Shown: positions 9,742 to 19,011, numbered from the stretch's first letter. The stretch is 64,000 nt of DNA from Candidatus Hadarchaeales archaeon (GCA_038872135.1 JAVZGN010000001.1:147-64146); one strand, 5' to 3'. A program made the numbers and translations. The notes: generated by a model not told the origin, from the sequence alone.

Positions 9742-10613
9742 TGGAAATATCAGTTTACAGGCTGAATACAGGATCATGCAACGGCTGTGACATAGAGGTG
9801 GCAGCCGTCCTAGCTTCGAGATTTGAGGCTGAGAAAACAGGGGTGAAGGTCGTGGATGACCCTGAGAAGGCAAATGTCCTTGTGCTGACAGGAATTCTGA
9901 ACAGGAAAATGGTTGATGTGTTGAAGGAGGTCTACCACAAGATTAACGAGCCAAAGATCGTCATCGCCGTCGGGACATGTGCAGTTTCCAGCGGCATCTT
10001 CGGTGGCTCTTATGCTGTTGGTGGAACGTCGGATGAAATCATCCCCGTTGCTGCTTACATCCCGGGCTGTGCACCCTCGCCTCAAGAGATAATGGCAGCG
10101 GTCGCAGAGGTCGCGGCCCTCTCGAAAGATGAATTTCTAGCCCCAGAAGGATTCAGGGGTCTTCCAAGGGTCGATGAAGAAAAATGCACGGGCTGCGGGG
10201 CATGTGTCGTCAGCTGCCCCGCCCAGGCGATAGAGATGAAGGATGAGGGAAGAAGAAAAATCATCTATGTGAATGAAAAGTGCATAAGTTGCGGGAAATG
10301 TGAGGAGGTCTGCCCCGACGATGCAGTTAAGCTTGAGGAGAAAAGGCATCCGGCTTCTAGAAAAAGGGAGGGGATGAAAAGGGTTGTGGAGGAGCCGTTT
10401 GCCGTCTGTCCGGTTTGCGGTGGGGCGAGCATCCCAGAAAAGCAGGCAAAAGCCATTCTTGAGAGAGCGCTCTCGAATGCTCCATTGCTGGGGGAATTCA
10501 AAGAAAAGCTGGAGGGATCTGTTAGAATCTGCCAGAGATGTAGGAGGAGTGGAGGCGCGATATCTGAGGCAAAGGCACTCCTTTACAGCATTGCAGCGAA
10601 GGTCGCAGATTAA
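9741..10613 (+). CDS. Hydrogenase small subunit fused to 2x[4Fe-4S] domain (NuoB + NuoI/HyfH-like)
   Basis: GSCNGCDIE, GTCA, PGCAP, then FRG.P, two ferredoxin motifs and CPVC/CQRC. Confidence 0.85.
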   Translation: MEISVYRLNTGSCNGCDIEVAAVLASRFEAEKTGVKVVDDPEKANVLVLTGILNRKMVDVLKEVYHKINEPKIVIAVGTCAVSSGIFGGSYAVGGTSDEIIPVAAYIPGCAPSPQEIMAAVAEVAALSKDEFLAPEGFRGLPRVDEEKCTGCGACVVSCPAQAIEMKDEGRRKIIYVNEKCISCGKCEEVCPDDAVKLEEKRHPASRKREGMKRVVEEPFAVCPVCGGASIPEKQAKAILERALSNAPLLGEFKEKLEGSVRICQRCRRSGGAISEAKALLYSIAAKVAD

Positions 10614-10630
10614 GCGCCAGATTTAAGCCG

Positions 10631-12124
10631 ATGGTTGGGAAGATTCATCTGATGACAGAGCAGCCAAAGATCTCCACAGTTTCTCTCCCAAAACAGATGT
10701 ACTTCTTCGGGCGGGAAGCCGAGATAAATGAGATAGTAGACTTCATGGCATCAGAAACTTGCAGGGTTCTTGTCCTCAAGGGAATTGCAGGAATTGGAAA
10801 GACTGCGTTGATTGCAAAACTGGTAGAAATGTATCGTAGCTCCAAGCACATCCTCTATATCAAGATCTATCCATACACAACTCTGAGAGGGCTCCTCGGG
10901 AGAGTGGCAGAGTTTCTGCAGGAGTTGGGGAGGGAGAATCTCAAGCGATATCTTGAGGGCAGGGAAATAGAGCTGGAGGGGCTTTTCAACGCTTTGCGGA
11001 AAGACCTTGATAGAAGCAATCTCCTCCTCATTCTGGATGATGTCCACTATGCGGTCGAAGAAATCACAAAAATCCTCACTCCTCTTCTAGATGTTTTAGA
11101 TGGCACAGATGCCAAAGTCGTGGTCTCGGGAAGGATGATCCCAAAGTTCTACGATAAGAGAGATACATTGGTGAGGAGAAGGCTGAAGGAGGAGATCCTC
11201 TGGGGGCTTGATGAGGCCGCCGCTGCGCAGCTTCTGAGGCAGAGGGGGATCGATGAAAAGTATATACAGGAAATATACCAAGCGACTGCCGGGCACCCCC
11301 TGATGCTTGAGCTGGTAAAACCCGGAAGCGTTATTGAGGCTGCGGAGTTCATAGAAAAGGAGATCGTTGAATCGCTAACTTTCGAAGAGAAAAAATTTCT
11401 CGAAGCCGCTTCAGTTTTCAGGGCACCTTTCTCCAGGGATGCGATTGAAGGAGACCCAGACACAATGAGAAAGCTTACCGAACGGCTGTTGATCAGGGAG
11501 GTCGATGGCAAATTTGAGGTTCATGAGATGATAAAAAATATATTCTATGGGAAGCTCACCGCTGAAGAGAAGGTGGGATACCACAGAGCGGCGGCAGAGT
11601 TCTATCTCAAACTCGGGACAAGCGAAGCGATAGTCGAGGCGATATACCACCTGATAAAGGGATACAGGCAGCAGCAGGCCGCTTCTATGGCCATAGAGCA
11701 TGGGTTCCGGTTGATCGAGGAGGGATATGGGGATGCGCTGCTTTCAGAGCTTTCAATGATCGAAGAGGCCGAGGTCCCAGATTTCTGGCCATACATAAAA
11801 ATTCTATCAGGGGATATTTACAGCGAAAAGGGGAGATTTGAGGATGCTATCAAAGAGTATGAGACATGCATTGAGTATACGGGGGCCGGGGAGCCGAGGG
11901 GCGGGCGTGAGATGTTCGCATACATGTGGTTTGGGGTTTCAAAGGAGTTGCTGAGGGCAAAGGCCCTGGCATATCTGAGAATAGGAGAGCTGCAGGTGAA
12001 AAGAGGAAAAATCGAAGAGGCGAGGGAGGCATACCAGCAGGCCCTAAAGGTGTTGAGGGAACTGAAATCTCCAGACGCAGATGAGATAGAAAGAAAACTT
12101 CAGGACCTAGAGGTGATGAAGTGA
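10631..12124 (+). CDS. STAND-class NTPase with C-terminal TPR repeats
   Basis: GR..E, Walker A GIAGIGKT, Walker B LLILDD, VVSGR, GHPL (GxP), VHEMI (MHD-like), TPR-like helices. Confidence 0.8.
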   Translation: MVGKIHLMTEQPKISTVSLPKQMYFFGREAEINEIVDFMASETCRVLVLKGIAGIGKTALIAKLVEMYRSSKHILYIKIYPYTTLRGLLGRVAEFLQELGRENLKRYLEGREIELEGLFNALRKDLDRSNLLLILDDVHYAVEEITKILTPLLDVLDGTDAKVVVSGRMIPKFYDKRDTLVRRRLKEEILWGLDEAAAAQLLRQRGIDEKYIQEIYQATAGHPLMLELVKPGSVIEAAEFIEKEIVESLTFEEKKFLEAASVFRAPFSRDAIEGDPDTMRKLTERLLIREVDGKFEVHEMIKNIFYGKLTAEEKVGYHRAAAEFYLKLGTSEAIVEAIYHLIKGYRQQQAASMAIEHGFRLIEEGYGDALLSELSMIEEAEVPDFWPYIKILSGDIYSEKGRFEDAIKEYETCIEYTGAGEPRGGREMFAYMWFGVSKELLRAKALAYLRIGELQVKRGKIEEAREAYQQALKVLRELKSPDADEIERKLQDLEVMK

Positions 12125-13092
12125 TTGAAAAAGCCTTGAGAGGGACTGTCGAGGTCGTGACGGAAGAGGAGTTGAGAGAACTCCTGAAGGGGAGATTTTC
12201 GGTTTACTGTGGATATGAACCCTCTGGAAAGATTCACTTCGGTCACCTTCTGACGGTGAGGAAGCTCAAGGACTTCCAGGAGATTGGGGGAAGAGTTGTG
12301 GTTTTGCTGGCAGATCTCCACGCCTATCTCAACCACAAGGGAACCTTGGAAGAGATAAGAAGGGTGGCAGAGTACAACAAGCATTGCTTCATCGCTTTGG
12401 GGCTCAATCCGGCAAAGACAGAATTCATTCTCGGGTCTTCGTTTCAGCTGGAGAGAGAGTTTCAGATGGATGTTTTACAGATGGCAACCTTCACAACGCT
12501 ACTAAGAGCTAGGCGTTCGATGGCAGAGATCGCGAGGAAGCTGGAGGACCCAGATGTTGCCCAGGTTCTCTATCCTCTGATGCAGGCTGTGGACATAGCT
12601 CACCTCAAGGTTGATATCGCCGTTGGGGGGATAGACCAGCGAAAGGTTCACATGATTGCGAGGGAGAACCTCCCGAGATTGGGGTATAAGAAGCCCGTTT
12701 GCGTCCACACACCACTTCTCCACGGAATCGATGGAGAGGAGAAGATGTCTTCGAGCAAGGAGAATTTCATTGCTATAGACGATTCACCAGAGGTCATCAG
12801 AAAGAAGATGGCGGAGGCGTTTTGCCCGCCAAAGGAGATAGAGGGAAATCCGGTGGTGGAATATGCCGAGCATCTGGTTTTACCGGAGTTCGGGCGGCTG
12901 GTGGTGGAGAGGCCCGAGAGGTATGGGGGAAGGCTTGAGATCACGAGCGCCCAAGAGCTGCGTGAGCTTTATCGGGAGGGGAAGCTTCACCCGGCCGATC
13001 TCAAAGCGGCAGTAGGGGAAAGTCTTTCAAGAATGTTTGCTCCTGTGAGGGAATATTTCTCAGAGCACCCAGAGGCAGCTCTGGATCGTTGA
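12121..13092 (+). CDS. tyrS: Tyrosine--tRNA ligase
   Basis: YCGYEPSGKIHFGH, LADLHAYLN, YPLMQ, GGIDQRK, KMSSS. Confidence 0.97.
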   Translation: MIEKALRGTVEVVTEEELRELLKGRFSVYCGYEPSGKIHFGHLLTVRKLKDFQEIGGRVVVLLADLHAYLNHKGTLEEIRRVAEYNKHCFIALGLNPAKTEFILGSSFQLEREFQMDVLQMATFTTLLRARRSMAEIARKLEDPDVAQVLYPLMQAVDIAHLKVDIAVGGIDQRKVHMIARENLPRLGYKKPVCVHTPLLHGIDGEEKMSSSKENFIAIDDSPEVIRKKMAEAFCPPKEIEGNPVVEYAEHLVLPEFGRLVVERPERYGGRLEITSAQELRELYREGKLHPADLKAAVGESLSRMFAPVREYFSEHPEAALDR

Positions 13093-13163
13093 ACTTTTCG
13101 GATTGATGCCCTTGGAAAAATCTCGAGCGATTTCCGAAAATGGTGTAACTTCCTTGCTTCTGA

Positions 13164-13907
13164 TTATCCCTTCAATATCTTCAGCAGTCTCCTCGCATCT
13201 TCTGCCATGTAAATGTTGTTAAACATGCAATAGGTCTCCTTTCCCTTGGTTTTCCTGCATATCTCAGCCACCCGCTTCAGCTCTTCCTCAGAATATCGGT
13301 AGTTGTAGATTGATGGCTTCCCAAAGCCGTGGAGCCTGAAATATACAATTCTCTTCGCCCCGAGGTGGAGCGGAAGATTTCTGAGGGGATCAACCACATG
13401 AACGAGATCCAGTTCCTCGCACAGCTCCTTCACCTTCTCTTGGTGTTCCGGCCAGTCTCCCCGAGGCTCCCAGCCCAAGATGATTCCTTCCCTCTCAATT
13501 TTTGATAGAAACTTTCTCATGTTTCTTTCATTTTCCTCGGTGGCTCTGAAATTTGGCGGGCACTGGATGATACAGATTTTTGCCCCGAGTTCCTTGCAGA
13601 TTTCCATCGTTTTCTCCCAAGCCCAGAAGTTATCTCCAGTGGGTTTCAGCCACCCATACTCCCTTTTCTTCAGCTCTTCGGCGGTCATGCCAGAGCGGCG
13701 CCAAGTTGGGCTAGTCGGAAGGTGGGTAATCGCCTGCCAGGCCTTCATGCAGTAGATGAAACCTTCTGGGGCCTCTTCCCTCCACTTCTTCGCAGTTTCT
13801 GGTTTTGGAAGCCGGTAAAATGTGCTCTGGATTTCAACGGTTCTGAATGTTCTGAAATACTCGGCTTTTCCCACGGCCCACCCGCAGCATCCGACGAAAA
13901 TTTTCAC
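13164..13907 (-). CDS. DUF72 family protein
   Basis: VGCCGW, VEIQSTFY, QCPP.F, WEPRG, YFRLHG, YCMFNN; GTG start at 13907. Confidence 0.9.
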   Translation of the reverse strand: MKIFVGCCGWAVGKAEYFRTFRTVEIQSTFYRLPKPETAKKWREEAPEGFIYCMKAWQAITHLPTSPTWRRSGMTAEELKKREYGWLKPTGDNFWAWEKTMEICKELGAKICIIQCPPNFRATEENERNMRKFLSKIEREGIILGWEPRGDWPEHQEKVKELCEELDLVHVVDPLRNLPLHLGAKRIVYFRLHGFGKPSIYNYRYSEEELKRVAEICRKTKGKETYCMFNNIYMAEDARRLLKILKG

Positions 13908-13908
13908 C

Positions 13909-14433
13909 TCATTTCCTCCCAGCAATTTTTCTGAACAAGTTGATTCTCCTTCTCTGAAGCAGCTCCTCAAAGATAGATGTTACCTTATCCACGGCCTTTG
14001 CGACTTTTGGTCCCATCTCACTCCCAAAAATCGACTGCTCCACCTGTATTCCCAGAAGCAGCACCTTCACGCCCATCTCCTTTTTCAGGTATTCTGAGAT
14101 CATCGATAGGGGAAGAGTGTGAGTGGAGATACTTTTCCAGGTTATACTGTGTGGATCTGCGATTATTACATCTCCAGGTGATCCTCCGAAATCAGCAGCG
14201 TCGATGAATATAAGGTGGGATGGATTCAGCCGCTTTATCTTTCCCGTGATATTTTCAGGAGCCATTCCCCCAAGCAACACAGTGACTCTGTCTCCCATTT
14301 TCTTCTTCAAAATGTTTGCCACAGCGACACCAACCCCGTCGTCCCCCCTCAGCTCGTTTCCCACGCCAACAACAACGATTTTCTTTCCATCTTTTAGAAA
14401 ATCCTTTAGCTCATTGACTATTGCCGTTTTCAT
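13909..14433 (-). CDS. hycI: Hydrogenase maturation endopeptidase (HycI family)
   Basis: GVGNELRGDDGVG, PEN, IDAADF, STHTLPL. Confidence 0.92.
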   Translation of the reverse strand: MKTAIVNELKDFLKDGKKIVVVGVGNELRGDDGVGVAVANILKKKMGDRVTVLLGGMAPENITGKIKRLNPSHLIFIDAADFGGSPGDVIIADPHSITWKSISTHTLPLSMISEYLKKEMGVKVLLLGIQVEQSIFGSEMGPKVAKAVDKVTSIFEELLQRRRINLFRKIAGRK

Positions 14434-15155
14434 TTCACCAGCCGTTTGATTATTTTCTCGAGTTCAGCAGCGACAGCGGTTTTCAAAAGTTTTTTGGGTT
14501 CACCGATAGCTTTCTCAACTTCCGCATCGAATGGAAGAACTCCCAGAAATCTCACCCCAAGTTCTTCCGCAAGCTCTTTTGATAGAGGAGGCTCCCCGAT
14601 GCTCATGTTTTCCACAATCCCCTCGATTCTCATCCCGAGGGCCAAGAGACTCAGTGTCATAGTCCTGACGGTGGGAAGAGTGACTTTTGAAGGCGTGGAA
14701 ACAAGAAGAAATCCCGCCCTTCTAATAAACCTCGCAATATCCATAATTCCATCACCTCCTCCCGGTGGCATGTCCACAAGGAGAAAATCAAGGCTTCCCC
14801 ACCTGGTAACCGAAAGGAGCTCGAGGACAGCGTTTGAGACATCATACCCCCTGAGAAAGGATGGATTGCTCCCCACAAATGGAAGGATCGACATCAGCTG
14901 GATTCCTGCCACCCTCTGCGGAAGCAGCCCCCTGTCTTCTCTCACAACAGCTCTGTTTTCTCCAAGTATTGTCGAAAGAGATGGCCCATGGAGATCGAGG
15001 TCCAACAGCCCAACCTTTGCTCCCCTCTTTTTCATGAGGAGAGCTGTGAGAGATGTTACCAAGCTTTTTCCTACACCCCCCTTTCCGCTCCCTATGCATA
15101 GGATTTTTTTCACACCGGAAAGCATTCTTTCAGCAGCGAGAGGTCTTGGATCCAC
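14430..15155 (-). CDS. Mrp/MinD-family ATPase, probable ATP-type HypB
   Basis: MDPR start, SGKGGVGKS, DLDLHGPS, DMPPG, ENMS, no CxxC; lies between hypA and hycI as in Thermococcales. Confidence 0.8.
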   Translation of the reverse strand: MDPRPLAAERMLSGVKKILCIGSGKGGVGKSLVTSLTALLMKKRGAKVGLLDLDLHGPSLSTILGENRAVVREDRGLLPQRVAGIQLMSILPFVGSNPSFLRGYDVSNAVLELLSVTRWGSLDFLLVDMPPGGGDGIMDIARFIRRAGFLLVSTPSKVTLPTVRTMTLSLLALGMRIEGIVENMSIGEPPLSKELAEELGVRFLGVLPFDAEVEKAIGEPKKLLKTAVAAELEKIIKRLVK

Positions 15156-15539
15156 TCATTCCACCTCAATCGATTCTATCCAGACACCCCTTCCGGCCTC
15201 AACCGAGAAATCGGGTGAACCGCAGCTGGGGCAGCGATGATAAGCGTGAATGGCTTCGGGGAGAAAGTGAATTGATTCAGCTCTTCTTCCCCGTGGATGA
15301 TAGTTCCATTCATTTCCGCAGCTTCTACATTTCATCCTTGCCATCTCATGCTTGAGAACAATCTCAGCTCTAGAAGCCGCCGTCTTCTTCGCCAGCTCTC
15401 TTAAAGCAGCTCTAAAAATTTTCTCATCTATCTGCTGGAGCTCCCCCAGAACTACTGTTATTCTCCTAATCGTTTTTCCGCCTTTTATTGCTTGGAGGGA
15501 GGTAGCAATAACTCCCTCCGCCAGAGCCCATTCATGCAT
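15156..15539 (-). CDS. hypA: Hydrogenase nickel metallochaperone HypA
   Basis: MHEW start, GELQQ, CRSC...CPSC, GRGVWI. Confidence 0.93.
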   Translation of the reverse strand: MHEWALAEGVIATSLQAIKGGKTIRRITVVLGELQQIDEKIFRAALRELAKKTAASRAEIVLKHEMARMKCRSCGNEWNYHPRGRRAESIHFLPEAIHAYHRCPSCGSPDFSVEAGRGVWIESIEVE

Positions 15540-15591
15540 ATTTCTCAAATTAACGGGAGTGATAGATAATAAGACTTTCCGCGGTGGGCGT

Positions 15592-15843
15592 CTATCGCGA
15601 ACGCAGGACGGCAATTCCCCAGATGACGAGCACAGGGATTATCATCGCAATTCCAATGCCTAGCGCTTCAAGGCTTGCATCCAGAAACTCTCCGCCCTCG
15701 TACCCCAGCACATGGTCGACCAGAATCATCACGGTGGCTCCCCAGAACATAAGGCTGAGGAATCCCAGCCTGTACTTTGGCTGGGAGAGAAACTTGGCAG
15801 TCGTCGCAATGATAGCAGCAATTAGCGTCGTTATTAACCACAT
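15592..15843 (-). CDS. Small membrane protein, paralog of the upstream gene
   Basis: 83 aa, 3 TM, WG..VMILVDH motif; GGAGG RBS. Confidence 0.75.
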   Translation of the reverse strand: MWLITTLIAAIIATTAKFLSQPKYRLGFLSLMFWGATVMILVDHVLGYEGGEFLDASLEALGIGIAMIIPVLVIWGIAVLRSR

Positions 15844-15844
15844 T

Positions 15845-16180
15845 TTACCTCCTCCCAAGCCTCGCCTCGATGCCAGCTACCCGGGAGAATTTTTCGCCAA
15901 GTTTCAGGTTTATCCCCACCATTGCTCCCCAAAGCGCGACAATGGAAATTGTCATTGGCACGCCAATGCCGAGCATCTCCGGAAGGACTTCTGACAGTCC
16001 TGCAGTCAAGAATGGGGGATAGGGAACGACTTCACCGTGGGCTATGTGCTCGACTGCTAGCATCACAACTCCTCCCCAGAGAAGGGCGTTGAGCCACCCC
16101 AGGCACCAGCGATGAGAAGTTTTTCTACTCAAGAGGGTTGTTATCACCGCAAGAATCCCCGGGACGATAAAGCATGCCAT
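15845..16180 (-). CDS. Small membrane protein (MACF-start)
   Basis: 111 aa, 3 TM, WGG.VMLAVEH motif; GGGGGTGA RBS. Confidence 0.8.
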   Translation of the reverse strand: MACFIVPGILAVITTLLSRKTSHRWCLGWLNALLWGGVVMLAVEHIAHGEVVPYPPFLTAGLSEVLPEMLGIGVPMTISIVALWGAMVGINLKLGEKFSRVAGIEARLGRR

Positions 16181-16202
16181 TCTTCTCACCCCCCTGTTGC
16201 CA

Positions 16203-16230
16203 GTATTACTTTTATGCTTATAAATATTAC
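16203..16230. promoter_or_regulatory. Putative NikR-type operator overlapping the TATA box
   Basis: GTATTA-N16-TATTAC, enclosing a minus-strand TTTATAAG TATA box of the 16180 gene. Confidence 0.6.
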
Positions 16231-16299
16231 GATAATTTCCAGCAGCCATTCAGGAAATTGGTGAATGACTTTTATCCTTTCAGGCAGATTTTACTCTGT

Positions 16300-16372
16300 G
16301 GCCAGGGTAGTGCAGCGGCTAGCATCCGGGACTGTGGATCCCGTGACCCGGGTTCGAATCCCGGCCCTGGCC
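16300..16372 (+). tRNA. tRNA-His(GTG)
   Basis: Cloverleaf GCCAGGG/CCCTGGC, anticodon loop CT-GTG-GA, TTCGAAT; G-1 encoded, CCA not encoded. Confidence 0.95.
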
Positions 16373-16427
16373 CCTTTCACCGAAGGCAGACTGATATAAG
16401 GCGTAGAAGGCAGAATTTTTTGATTGG

Positions 16428-17093
16428 ATGGACAGACCGCATGTAATTCTCAACGCAGCAACAACAGCCGATGGGAAGATAGCGACTGTCGGCGGAGACA
16501 GCAAGATTTCCTGCAGGGAGGATCTCAAGCGCCTTCACAGGCTGAGGTCAAAAGTCGATGCGGTAATGGTAGGAGCGGGAACCGTCATAGCCGATGATCC
16601 AGCTCTAACAGTTAGATTTGTTAAGGGGAAGAACCCGATAAGGGTCGTGGTTGATGGCGAGGGAAGAATTCCTCTTCACGCAAGAATTCTTTCGAAAGAG
16701 GCCCCTACCATAGTTGCGGTTTCTGAGAAGGCTGAGAAAAAGAAGCTTAAGAGATTACGGGAGAAGGGGGCAGAGATCATCGTGATCGGAAAAAATGAAG
16801 TTGATCTCGGAAAATTGCTGGAGACGCTGAAAAGGAAGGGGGTCAAGAAGCTTCTGCTGGAGGGGGGTTCAACCCTCAACTGGAACATGCTGGCGAACGG
16901 CCTCGTGGACGAGATCATCATTTCAATCGCCCCGGTAATCGTTGGTGGTGAGAAGTCCAAGTCTCTCGTCGGCGGAGCAGGATTTGAAAGAGTGGCGGAG
17001 GGCATCAGACTTCGCCTCAGGAAAGTGGAGAGAGTCGGAAGGGATCTCACCCTCTACTACACCGTTGAGGGGAGAGAGTGCTCAGAAAAATAA
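16428..17093 (+). CDS. 2,5-diamino-6-ribosylamino-4(3H)-pyrimidinone 5'-phosphate reductase (RibD C-terminal family)
   Basis: ADGKIA, HRLRS.VDAVMVG.GTV..DDP.LTVR, LLEGG. Confidence 0.9.
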   Translation: MDRPHVILNAATTADGKIATVGGDSKISCREDLKRLHRLRSKVDAVMVGAGTVIADDPALTVRFVKGKNPIRVVVDGEGRIPLHARILSKEAPTIVAVSEKAEKKKLKRLREKGAEIIVIGKNEVDLGKLLETLKRKGVKKLLLEGGSTLNWNMLANGLVDEIIISIAPVIVGGEKSKSLVGGAGFERVAEGIRLRLRKVERVGRDLTLYYTVEGRECSEK

Positions 17094-17773
17094 ACAATGT
17101 GCTTCTGATAGGCGTGGGACATGTGATCCCAAAGAGTCTAGAGGAGGTCAGAACCAAGATTTTGGAGGAGCGCCCAGACATCGTTGCAGTGGAGCTGTGC
17201 CCTGCCAGGTATGCGGCTTTGGTAGGCGGTGTGGGGAGCTCCAGGAGCAGTCCGGCAGATCCTCTTTCATGGTTTCTTGGCCTTCTTCAGGAGAAGTTCT
17301 CATCTCAGACTGGAATGCCGGCGGGGAGGGAGATGGTAGCGGCCGTTGACAGCGCAAAGCAGATCGGAGCAGCGGTAGTTCTAATGGACCAGAATATCTT
17401 GGCCACGATAGAGCGGCTGTATTCGCTTATGCCTTTGAGGGAAAAGTTTCTCCTGTTAGTTCACATATTGTTTGCCCTTCTCCCATTTCACAGAAAAATA
17501 GATATGGAAGCGCTGACAGAGGAGGCCGTTGCACAGAATCTTGTAGAAAGGTTTCGGAAATTTTTCCCGACAGCAGCCAGAATTTTGATCGATGAGCGTG
17601 ATGAGTACATGGTGATGAAACTTCTCCCCGTTCTCTCGAGTGGCAAAAAAATCGTTTGCGTCGTTGGTGCCGCGCACATCTTTGGCATGGAGAGACTTCT
17701 GGCGGAGAATTTAAGGGAAGTTGAGAAGAAATTCTGGTGGAGGGAGAAAATAGAATTCAAGGGGGGAGGCTGA
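17078..17773 (+). CDS. TraB/PrgY family protein
   Basis: GVGHV, VAVELC..R, GREM..A, LIDERD.YM, VVGAAH..G. Confidence 0.88.
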   Translation: MLRKINNVLLIGVGHVIPKSLEEVRTKILEERPDIVAVELCPARYAALVGGVGSSRSSPADPLSWFLGLLQEKFSSQTGMPAGREMVAAVDSAKQIGAAVVLMDQNILATIERLYSLMPLREKFLLLVHILFALLPFHRKIDMEALTEEAVAQNLVERFRKFFPTAARILIDERDEYMVMKLLPVLSSGKKIVCVVGAAHIFGMERLLAENLREVEKKFWWREKIEFKGGG

Positions 17774-18496
17774 ATGTTGGAAACCATTTTACTCGCCACG
17801 CTTCTTCTGAGCAGCGTTTCCTTCATCGGGCTTTTGTTTTTTTACTTCAGGGAAAAATCGATTGAGGTCATAATGCTCCCTTTCACCGGGCTCTCTTCTG
17901 GGATCCTTCTTTCTGTGGCATTCTTTTATCCACTCTCGGTCTCCCTCCCGAGAATAGTCACCCCCCAGCTGTGCTTTTCAATCCTCCTCTTCGGTTTCAC
18001 AATCTTTTTTGTGCTTGAGAAGATCTTCTACTGGCATCACTTTCACGAAGGTCTTCGGGAAATCTGGCCGTACACTCCGCTTAATCTTCTCGGGGATTCT
18101 ATACACAATCTCTTGCTTGGGCTCGGGCTTACCGCAGTTTTCCTCCTTTCCCGAGCTGCTGGGTGGATAACTCTTCTGGCGCTCCTCATCCACGCGATAC
18201 CTCAGGAGCTGAGCGACTTCGCCCTTCTCATTCACGGAGGGCTTGGAAAATGGAGGGCGCTTGGGGCAAGCTTCGGCTCAGGTCTATTTTTTGTCGTTGG
18301 CGGTCTTGTTGGGATCATCCTTCCTCCAGTCACCAATCAATATCTGGCGGCGGTTCTGGCTGGAGAGATGATTTACTCTGGAGCCGTAGATTTGGTTCCC
18401 AGGAGGCTGGAGGCGAGAGAGAGGGCCGTTATAAGGCTAGCTTTCTTTTTGATCGGGATTATTCCGACTCTCATGCTTTCGATTTATTTTGGCTGA
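17774..18496 (+). CDS. ZIP family metal transporter (degenerate motifs)
   Basis: LEK..WHHFHE, NLLGDSIHN, H.IPQEL.DF. Confidence 0.8.
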   Translation: MLETILLATLLLSSVSFIGLLFFYFREKSIEVIMLPFTGLSSGILLSVAFFYPLSVSLPRIVTPQLCFSILLFGFTIFFVLEKIFYWHHFHEGLREIWPYTPLNLLGDSIHNLLLGLGLTAVFLLSRAAGWITLLALLIHAIPQELSDFALLIHGGLGKWRALGASFGSGLFFVVGGLVGIILPPVTNQYLAAVLAGEMIYSGAVDLVPRRLEARERAVIRLAFFLIGIIPTLMLSIYFG

Positions 18497-18527
18497 CGGT
18501 GCTGTTTTTCTCCCTTTATAAGCAACT

Positions 18528-18551
18528 TCCTCACAAAACTTTGGCGGGAAA
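18528..18551 (+). repeat. Direct repeat copy 1 (promoter/leader)
   Basis: TCCTCACAAAACTTTGGCGGGAAA identical to 19012-19035; both follow a TTATAA box. Confidence 0.85.
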
Positions 18552-18576
18552 AGGAGAAATAGGAGGTGAAAGAAAG

Positions 18577-18933
18577 ATGGTATTGATGGACATCCTTCAG
18601 GCTTTTGGGGCGATCACCCTTCCGATAATTGTCACAGTTATCCTGAGCAACCGGCAGACCCAGAGGATAATCGAAACGACTACAGCACAGACCCACCAGA
18701 TCCTCTCGGAGATAAAGAAGGTCCAGGAGGACATTTCATGCACACTCAAGAAGGTCAGGAGAATCCAGCAGGACACTACTTGTCTCCTTAAGAAAGTTGA
18801 CTTGGGCCTCAGGGCAAATGCTGTCATGCATGGCTGGAAGAGAGTCGATGGATTGACTCCTGAAGAGGCGAGAAAGCTCCCTGAGCCAAAAGTCTACGAT
18901 GAAGAGCTGAAAATTTGCTATCATAAATCTTGA
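18577..18933 (+). CDS. Hypothetical protein, N-terminal TM plus coiled coil
   Basis: GGAGGTG RBS, ATG at 18577, heptad-like repeats. Confidence 0.7.
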   Translation: MVLMDILQAFGAITLPIIVTVILSNRQTQRIIETTTAQTHQILSEIKKVQEDISCTLKKVRRIQQDTTCLLKKVDLGLRANAVMHGWKRVDGLTPEEARKLPEPKVYDEELKICYHKS

Positions 18934-19011
18934 TCTTTCCACCGCTGGCTTTGAGGGAAAACTGTGCCAAACTCCGGAAAACCCGGGATTTTTCTTCCCT
19001 TATAAATAACC

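Noticed and set aside
14446..15240. 264-aa plus-strand ORF, and similar long antisense ORFs over the CBS and FG-GAP genes
   Set aside because: Shadow frames of well-supported genes on the opposite strand
18163..18576. N-terminal extension of the 256-aa ORF
   Set aside because: It overlaps the ZIP gene out of frame; TATA box and RBS support the start at 18577
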